From Fonticula alba ATCC 38817 (lineage: Eukaryota > Protista > Nucleariida), in the NCBI GenBank assembly GCA_000388065.2, contig KB932203.1: a stretch of DNA of 27,197 nt. One strand, given 5' to 3'. Every line of letters begins with the position of its first letter. Position 1 is the stretch's first letter. Of this stretch, positions 18,966 to 27,197 are shown piece by piece. Made by a program: the position numbers and the translations under genes. A model generated the notes under the pieces. It worked only from the letters and a program-made list of their open reading frames with translations, ran no database searches and was not told the origin of the DNA.

Positions 18966-20479
18966 GGTGGGAGGGGGGAGGGCGGGAGAGGCGCGGGAGA
19001 GGGAGGGGCAGAGGGGGGGGGAGGGCAGCAGAGCAAGCGAAAAGGGGAGCGGGGACGGGAGCGAAGAAGGACAATGGGCTGACTGCCAGCCAGAGGCCGC
19101 GCCCATCGGGGGTGTCCTTTTCTTTGCGCCTGGCAGAGAGGTAGATGGCTGGAGGGTTGAGGGGGGGGGGGGGGGCAATTGCCGGTGATCTGCCGAGGGG
19201 CGGTCCGGCCGATCGCCGGCGCGTCTGTTGCCTAGAGCCCCGGGCCGGGCGCGGTCCGTCGGCCCTTTGGCACGCCAAAGAGACACCCCGGAGGTCGATC
19301 GGGGTGTGCGCCGGCCGCACCACCGGCACCCCCGCCTGCCGGACCACTGGACGGGGAAAAAACAAGTGCCACTGGGAGCCCCCTCAGGGCCGGCCATCCG
19401 CCGTGGCGCAGGGGCCCCCCCTCGCCGCCGCTACCGCCTCCCCCCTCGGTGACCGGGCCCCCGCCAGCCGTGGTTCCCCGGCCGGCGTGCGCCCTTTCGG
19501 TGTCTCGGTGATTAATTGGACACCGGCGTCTCCGATCGTAGATCGCCCCGGCGTGACACGGGCCACATCAGGCGGTCTGGAGGGTGCGGCGAAGAGTGCC
19601 AACGAATGCGCGAGCCCCGACGAGCCATACAGGTCGCCGCCCCCCAGGCCCCGGGCGCTCCCTCGCCTTCCCCCCCCTCCCGGGGGGGGGGCGGGGGCTG
19701 ATGAAAGCGCCCTGTGTTCCCCCCCCCCCCCCCCCCTCGCGGCGGCCGGGGCGGTGACTGAGGTTTCTTCGACGGCCTTCGCCGCGCGACGCCACAACGC
19801 CTTCGATCTCCGGCGAGTGTCGGGGTTTGGGTGCGGCCCGTAAAATGCCCTCATCCCCCTCCCCCCGGGGGGGAGGGAGGGGCGGGGGACGCATCAGACG
19901 CCGCGCATGTCCCCGGTGCATCGGCAGTTTCCCGGGCCAGCGCGCCCGAGCGGGCGCGGGGGTCGTCGACGATCTTGCTCGGAAGGCAAAATCCGCCTGC
20001 AAACCCCCGGCCGAGGTGCAGGCGCGCCCGCACATTCCCCGGCGGTTGGGCGTTCTTCGAGCGGCGTCGGCCGGGGCCCGGTGCTTCGCCCGATCGCTGA
20101 CCCGAACGAGCAGGCGCTCTCTTGCATCACGGCCAACTGGACGGGGCGTTCTCTGTCCCCCCCCCCCCCCCCGGCCGACGACCCCCCGTCCCGCTGGGGG
20201 GCGCGAACGGGCGCGAACAGGCGCCAACGGGCGCGAGGGGGCGAAGCTAGACCCCTGGGGGAGATCGAGATCCGGCCTGCGGGCAGATCTGCCTTTTTTT
20301 GTGCCCGCCCGCCTCCCCATCGGGCCTCCTGCGGGCCGGGCAGCATCACTTCCTCTGCCTGGATTTCCTCCCCCATTCGCTCCTCTGCCCTTGCCCTCTC
20401 GCTCTTCTTCCCTTTTCCCATCTCTCCCGCGCCCCTCCCTCCCCCTCTCCCTCCCCCTCCTCCGTCTGGACGGTGGAAC

Positions 20480-21783
20480 ATGCGCCGCGGGGCCCCATCA
20501 GCTGCACCCACCGCCCGGCCCCACACCACTGCAGGCCCCCCCCTCAGCGCCTTGCCGGCTGGCCCCGAGAATCTGTCGCTCTCGTCGGCTTCCTCCTCGA
20601 TCGAGGATCTCACCCCCCCGGGAGGCCTCTCCCAGCGGGACCTTGATGACGACGGTGCGTCGACCGGCCTTGCCCCCTCTCGCCGCCGGCTGCCAGCGCC
20701 ACGGATCCGCCCTGACCCTCCCCCCCCCCCTCCTCCCGTCCACCTTGCCGTGCAACATGACACTGTCCTCGCCATCCCCGGCCAGTGGTCCACCTGTCGC
20801 ACTTCGACCGGCTCGCCTTCCCGGATGTGACGGATTCGGCCAGCCCCTCGCCGGAACGCGCCCTCCCCCCGCAGGCTGCCCCGGCGGATGGCCGGCCATC
20901 GGCGGCCGTGTCTCCGCACGGTGGGCCCCGGCCGCGAGCCAACACGGCTCCCCTGCCACCGGCGGCGACCGCCCCGGGCATCGATCCCCGGGTCCGGGGC
21001 CCGGACGGCCTTTCCCGGCCGGGGCCCGGGCTGCAGCCCATCCTGGAATCTCGGCATGTGGCCGCCGGCCTGACCACGGCCCATGCTTCGCCGCCGCCGC
21101 TGGCCGGCCGACCGCGCACGGAATCCCTGCACATGCCGGTCCGGGCACACAGCCCTGCCCTGGGCGGGCCGAGCCCCGTGCCCGGCATTGTCCCGCGCGA
21201 GCCGAGCCTGCCCACGTCGACGATGGCCTCCTTCCCGGCGTCGGCCCTCGGGGTCGAGCAGCTGACGGCCCTGTTTGCCGAATCGCGCGAGAGCCTCACC
21301 TACTGCCAGGCGGTGACGACGGCCGCCCAGCGGGAAGTCCGCGAGGCGGACATCGAGATCGGGCATGTGCGCATGCTGTTCGAGTCGCCCGGCGTGGCGA
21401 CCGTGGCCCGGGCGCTGGAGGACACGCACAAGCGGATACGCGAGGCCGCCGTGGTGGTCGAGCAGTTGGACGCTCGTCTGGAGGCCGCGATCCAGGGTGC
21501 CGGCCCCCGGGGCATGCGCCCGGGTCACCGGCCGGAGGACCTGGTGGCCACTCTGACCGACGATCCGGCCGGGCTGTCCATCGACGCGTTGGCCTTCGCG
21601 TATGGCCGTTGTGTGGAGGAAGTCAGCGCCGCCACCGACGCCCTGGCCCAGCGCCAGGTGGAGGGGGACCTGCGCGCCGGGCTGGCCTACAACCGGACCC
21701 TGCGCGACTGGGACCAACGGCCGCGTGGCTCGCGCGTGCTGTCGAATTCCATGCAGCAGCAGCAGCAGCACCACCACCACCAC

Positions 21784-21815
<32 letters not shown>

Positions 21816-22527
21816 ATCGTCGCAACATAGGCATGGGGCCTCGCCCACGGTCGCCGGTGCCGAGGCAGACGATCGGGGCCCAGGGTCCCCGGCGGACCCG
21901 GGGGTCCTGTGCTGCACGTGCTCCGGGTCTCCTGCACAGTGTGAGCCGCACGCGTGCCCGGTGCATGGGCGCCGGCGCGATCTCCCGCCGGCCGGCGGCC
22001 CGGGGCCCGTGCCCGATGTCGAGCCTCTGCCAGCCGAGTGCCAGCAGTACCTGCTCGCCCGGCAGAGCGGCCCCGAGGGCTTGACTTTCGGGGCGGACCC
22101 CGCCTTTCGCCGGGACTTTCGCCGGCACTTCGAAACCGGGCCCCGCTCGCTGCTGGACTTTGTCGACAGCGCGGCCCTGAACTACCTGCAGGCCCAGGCC
22201 CAGGAGGACTGGCAGAAGCTTCAAACGGCGGTGGCCCGCTGTCGGATGCTCATGCGCCCTGTGAACACCGTCCTGGCCGAGCTCCAGGCCCAGCGCAACA
22301 CTCTGAGCTTGGAGCGCTGTGACGGCATCCCGGTGCTGCTGCTGCGCTACCACTTGGGTGCCTATCTGCTGGAGCAGCAGCCGCAGCAGCCGCAGCCGCA
22401 GCAGCAGCAGCAGCAGCAGCACCAGCACCAGCATCTGTCCACTGCAGTCAGTGTTCCCGGTGCCCAAGGACGAACCCTAGGTGCGCGCATGCCACGCGCC
22501 TGTGTTGGCGCTTGCATGGCCTCCCTC

Positions 22528-22560
<33 letters not shown>

Positions 22561-25500
22561 ACACTGCCGTGTATGCACGCGCGTATGAAGACGCCTGCAG
22601 GCCTGCTCGTGCACGCACACTGACCTGCTAGCCCATGGACGCGTACATGGCCGGCGCGGCGACCCGGGATGGGGTGGGACGGGGCGCGGGGGCTGTGTGG
22701 CGGCACGCACAGATCACACGGACATCTCGGCGCCGGGGCTCGGCGAGGGCCCGGTCGATCCGCTGCAGCTGGAGGGGTCCGTCAGCCAGTCACCCGAGCG
22801 GGCCTTCGCTCTGCTGGCCGCGTCCCTCAACCTGCCGGTGGAGCAGGTGAGAGACGCGTACTACGAGCTGCGCGGCCCGGAGGAGGACGATGCCCGGCAT
22901 GAGCTCTTTGTGAAGGGCGTGTGCGACTCGGCCTTCCGGCGCATGCGCGGCCTCTTCAACTCCATCGGGCAGCTGCTCTTCGTGGTGCAGGACCACTGCC
23001 GGAGCTGCGGGGCAGTGTTGCGGTACGTCGGGCAGATGTGCCCTGCTGTCGTCGCTGTGGCCTCCAGGCCGGCCTTGTGCCCTGTGCTCACTCACAAGCC
23101 ATCTCGTCACATGCAGCGTGCTCCAAATGAATAGCCGTGTTCCGCTGAAGGAGTCCGAAAGTGCGTGTCGTCTGCTCCCCTCCCCCCCCCTCCCCTCCTC
23201 CCCCTCAATCGAGGGCGGAGGACCGAGGCGACGGCCTGCCATCCCCGGGGCCCNNNNNNNNNNNNNNNNNNNNNNNNNNNNNNNNNNNNNNNNNNNNNNN
23301 NNNNNNNNNNNNNNNNNNNNNNNNNNNNNNNNNNNNNNNNNNNNNNNNNNNNNNNNNNNNNNNNNNNNNNNNNNNNNNNNNNNNNNNNNNNNNNNNNNNN
23401 NNNNNNNNNNNNNNNNNNNNNNNNNNNNNNCGACTGACCATCCGTGCTACCCGGCGGGCTGCCTCGTCGTGCAGACATCCTTCACCATGCACGGCGCTTG
23501 CCCTTTTACCAGGAGTCCATGCGACTCCAGTTTGACGAACTCCTCAGTATTAAGTGCGCCTGCCGCCCGCCATCCTGCCTGCTCCTCCGCCTCTCGTGCA
23601 TGGGTGCCCCCATTTCCCCGTGAAGCTGACTGCCTCGCCTGCTTGTGTACATTGCATGCGCGCGCCCGCCCGCCCGCCCATCGCACAGGCGCGCTGTCCT
23701 CGAGCTGTCGGGACACACGAAGGCCGCCAACGAGCGCATCGCGCGCAGCATGCACGAAGACATCACCAAGCCGCTGAAGACCCTGCAAAACCGCCTGGCC
23801 GAAGTGGCCGGCCATGTGGACTTCATCCACCAGCAGAGGCATCTGATTGGCGAGCATGCCGGCGAGCTGGTGGCCCTCGCCGGGTGGTATAATGCCCTCT
23901 CCCTCGGGGCGTACGATGCGCTGGTGCTGGAGGCTGCCCGGCGCCGGGCCTCCTGGGGCCACCGGCAGCTGGTGTTCGCCGCTTTGCGGTCCCTGCTCGG
24001 GGAGCTGGAGCGCGCGGAGGACGAGACATGCGCCGCCTTCGACGAGCAGTTTGCCCACTATCTCCCGCCGTCGCTGGTGGAGCTGATCCGGGTGCGTGTG
24101 GCCGTGCCCAATGCCCGGATGGGGGGCCCCATCGGCTGCCGGCGCGTGCCAATATCTCTAACCACTTCCCCCCTCCCTCCCTCCCTCCCTCCCTCCCTGC
24201 GATTGCCTGCGCATGCCCATGCAGGAGCCCTATCTCTTGACGGACTTCATCCACAAACCGGTCGGGCATTTTATGCATCCGTACATCCCGCGCGAGGCCT
24301 TCCTTCAGGTACGTCACGCGTGGCCCTCGGCATTCGTTTCTCTGGCCGGCCGCGCACCGTACTAAATGTCGGCCATGCTCGCTCTCCTCCCTGCCCTTCC
24401 CCCCCCCCTCGGTAGTCGCAGGAGCGCCTCCGCGCGGCCGGCTTCCAGCCGCTCATCGCCGACCACGAGCGCCTCCTGCCCGAGGCCACATCGGCCCTGG
24501 CCTTCGATCTGGATCCCCAGCTGGCCGGCTATGCCTCGTCGCCATCCCTGGCTCGACAGCTCAATAGCTTCATTCGCGCCAGTCTACCGGGGGCGGCCGG
24601 GCGGCCGGGCGTGGCCCTGTCAGCCACATCGGCCCCGGTGCCGGCGCCGGTGACGGCCACCCTGATTGCCCTTGAGACCGGGGATGCCAGCGCCAGCAGC
24701 GCCGAGTCCTTCTCCCTGGACCTGGGCATGATGACGGAAACCGACGAGCGGGCAATCTCGCCCGTGGAGCAGCCACGCCAGAGCACCATCGAGGTGGAGG
24801 ACCACCGGCTGTCAGCCCGGCGGCCGACCTCCCTGCCGGCGGTGGAGCAGCGCCTGGTCAACTTGTCGGTGGCGTCGGCCGGGCTGGCGGGCCCGGCGCA
24901 CTCGGGCCCGGACGCGCCGCCGGCATTGCTGGCGGCTCGACGGACGCACTCCAGTCCGCACGGGGCCAGCACCGGGTTTGGCATTGCACCGGCGGCGCTG
25001 CACTCGCGGTCGGACGATCGCCTGCCCCTGGACCTGCTGAATGGCGGGGCGCCGGGGGGGCTGGCCGGCGATCGGCCAGCCGGGGGCGTTCGGCGGCCGC
25101 AGTCGGCCGCCGGTGGCCGGGGCTTCTCCCCCGGCATCCATGCGGTCCCGGTCTTTTCGTCGCATGCCAGCCCTGGGGACAGTCCCGTGAGCAGCCGGCC
25201 GGGCAGCTTGGCCCCCAGTCGGGCTACCAGCCCGCTGGCCAGCCCGCGCATCGAGACGCGCAATCTGCAAGCCCTCTCCCCGGGGACGCTGCTGCAGCCA
25301 CTGTCGGCCGGGGTCGTCGGTGGGGGCGCGCACCGGGCCCCAGGGCCTAGTGGTGCCCGGTCGCAGCCGCCGACTCCGCAGCCCCCCCGGCTGCGCCGGC
25401 GCCGTGCGGTGGCCCTGCCGGCCGGGTCCCCCGGATATGGCATGGTCACCGGCGGGGGCAGCGATGATGATGGTGGCGATGGCGGCCGCGGCCGCAGGGA

Positions 25501-25684
25501 CCCCGGCCTTGGCAATGGCGGCCACGACGGTGATGATGATGATGATGATGACGATGATGATGATGATGGTCATGACGGTGAGGACGATGATGATGACGAT
25601 GAGCAGGCGCTGGTGGCGTCGCCTCGCAGGCGGCCCGGTGGCAAGCTCCTCTTTGCCTCGCGCTCAACCGACAACCTCCAATAG
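20480..25684 (+). CDS. ATG17: ATG17-like autophagy scaffold with long disordered insertions, ~1379 aa; exons 20480-20654, 20786-22480, 22632-23022, 23117-23160, 23475-23553, 23689-24091, 24225-24308, 24416-25684
   Basis: An Atg17-like N-terminal helix (LFAESRESLTYCQAVTTAAQREVREA) and C-terminal signature (YDALVLEAARRR...FDEQFAHYLPPSL) are present. All introns are GT..AG and phase-consistent; total 4140 nt. The gap at 23254-23430 could hide an extra exon. Confidence 0.65.
21754..21815 (+). repeat. CAG/CAC trinucleotide repeat encoding polyQ-polyH-polyQ
   Basis: In frame in the ATG17-like exon 2. Confidence 0.9.
23254..23430. other. Assembly gap (177 N), inside a predicted ATG17 intron
   Basis: Run of N. 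Confidence 1.
25529..25600 (+). repeat. GAT/GAC repeat encoding poly-Asp
   Basis: In frame in the ATG17-like last exon. Confidence 0.9.
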
Positions 25685-25991
25685 CATAGTCGTGCCGTGT
25701 GTATGGACGAAGGGCGCCGGCGGATCGGGCAAGACAGCCGCCCTGGCACTTGGGCAGGGGGGGGAGGGGGGGACGGCATGCGCTCGTGCGCTCGTGCGCG
25801 CTTCGACGATGGTGCACGCCGCCCCGGTCGCGCCCTCTGCCCACGCCTCCCCTGTCCTGGCATCTGGCGAAATGCACTCTCCAAAAACCAAGTGTTAGTT
25901 AATGTCTCGGTTAAACACGCTCGCCCGGGATCGCGTGACGCCCCTTGCTGTTCCGACCGGGCCCGGCCATCCTGGTGCGCCGGGGGGGGGG

Positions 25992-26196
25992 NNNNNNNNN
26001 NNNNNNNNNNNNNNNNNNNNNNNNNNNNNNNNNNNNNNNNNNNNNNNNNNNNNNNNNNNNNNNNNNNNNNNNNNNNNNNNNNNNNNNNNNNNNNNNNNNN
26101 NNNNNNNNNNNNNNNNNNNNNNNNNNNNNNNNNNNNNNNNNNNNNNNNNNNNNNNNNNNNNNNNNNNNNNNNNNNNNNNNNNNNNNNNNNNNNNNN
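25992..26196. other. Assembly gap (205 N), intergenic
   Basis: Run of N flanked by G runs. Confidence 1.
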
Positions 26197-26740
26197 GGGG
26201 CGGAGGGCCGCGAAGGCCTTGGGGGCGGGCTGGGGAAAGTGCTGTCGACGTCCCCTGCTCAGGGGCACTCGCGGTGTCGGCGGCGGGAGGTGCGTGGCTG
26301 GGGCCTGGGTCCTTTTTTGTTCCTCTTTTTTCCGCGCTCCCCGGCTGGCGACCGCGCGCGCCCCCCGCCAAGGTACAAGGTTCCGGGCCGGCACGCCGCG
26401 ACACACGAGCGCGCCAGGTGCCAACATCACTGGTTCCCCCCCTGGCCGGGGAACCCTGGTTCCCACGGAAGTCCAAGCGATCGAGGCCCCCTGCTGATCG
26501 GGGTGGCTGGGGCGGCGCCTGCATGCCGAGCCCCCCCCCCCCCCCCCCCCCGGGAGGACGTGGGATGCGGCCGCGGAGGGCCCCGCTGGCGGGGTGGGCC
26601 CAAAAAAGAAGAGAGCCCGCTGTTTATATTGGGTCCGACATTCACCACACGCTAGTTGGCCCTCTCGCCGCCCCGCCCGAGCCGGCGGCGGCGGCCCAAA
26701 AGGCGGCCGGCGGCCATGGGCCCGACCCATGCCATGCGGC

Positions 26741-26764
26741 CGACCGACCGACCGACCGACCGAC
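26741..26764. repeat. (CGAC)n tetranucleotide microsatellite
   Basis: Read directly from sequence. Confidence 0.9.
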
Positions 26765-27197
26765 CCGCCGCCGGGCGTGCGATGGTGGAATGCCGGTCGG
26801 GCCCTGCCCCCGGGAGTGCTCCTCTGGGGCCCCCCCCCCCCCCGGGCCGGGCCGGGCCGGGCCCGCTGGGGCGCGCGCGTTCCGGCCCCCGGAGTTTTTT
26901 TCCTCGCCCTCGCCGGCCCCGCCCCAAACAAGGGCCGCATTCTGCCTTTTTCGGTGTGCCAGCGCGCGGCGCCTCGGGCTCGGCCCCCGGCCGTGCTCCC
27001 TCCCCCCGGCCCTCGGCCGCCTCCGCCGCGGGACCAGACCAACGGGGGAGAACACACGCAGCTGGGGGGGGTTGACGCATGCGTGTGTCAGACTCGCCGA
27101 GGAGACAAGAGCCCCCTGAGTCCTCGCCGGACCAGTGCCTGGTCTCTCGGGCGCCAAGTCCACCCATGGCCGGGCACAACATCACCTCGCTGGCCGG

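Noticed and set aside
5078-19606. Recurring short words GGCCACATC (5078, 7819, 19561, 24484) and GTGCCAACGAA (5277, 19596)
   Set aside because: No fixed position relative to genes, one copy is coding, and many shared 9-11-mers are expected in 27 kb.
19697-19760. CTGATGA...CTGA, resembling a hammerhead core or a C/D-box snoRNA
   Set aside because: No stem II followed by GAAA, and the interval is mostly poly-C with no plausible guide sequence.
23498-23512. TGCCCTTTTACCAG, resembling U5 snRNA loop I
   Set aside because: It has an extra C, lacks a flanking stem and Sm site, and lies in a coding exon (LPFYQ).
4724-26764. Tandem repeats considered as CRISPR arrays or transposon termini
   Set aside because: All are simple microsatellites without unique spacers, and no transposase, RT or terminal inverted repeat with target duplication was seen.
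52-27185. Dozens of long overlapping or antisense ORFs in the supplied track (e.g. 3634-5226, 17382-19397, 19894-22467, 25902-27119)
   Set aside because: Expected from very high GC and few stop codons. The products are R/P/G/A-rich, cross microsatellites or N gaps, and shadow better-supported genes.
27092-27197. Possible exon or gene start at the window end (TTGAC..TCAG| then ...PPMAGHNITSLA, ATG at 27166)
   Set aside because: Too short and without homology; strand and frame cannot be established from this window.

Overview
Eukaryotic, very GC-rich, intron- and microsatellite-rich genomic DNA with three assembly gaps. Composition, splice signals and gene content suggest a unicellular opisthokont such as Fonticula; this is inference and cannot be verified here. 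I built gene models by hand from GT..AG sites with frame checks. In order: the last exon of a low-complexity gene (+), intronless NCA2 (-), a 3-exon orphan (-), tRNA-Asp(GUC), an 8-exon FAF2/UBXD8-like gene (+), an intronless GT13 (GnT-I-like) glycosyltransferase (+), tRNA-Asn(GUU), 5-exon MAT1/TFB3 (+), VPS55/LEPROT (-) and a long ATG17-like gene (+). Two results stand out. (1) The VPS55 N-terminus best fits a model with a single-nucleotide exon (G at 18869, CAG|G|GTACCT) between two complete short introns; one weak-donor alternative remains. (2) Both tRNA genes share an 18-nt upstream element (TTRARAGTGCCGYGKCAG) at nearly the same distance from the gene, a candidate lineage-specific Pol III upstream promoter element. 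No CRISPR, rRNA or recognisable mobile element was found.
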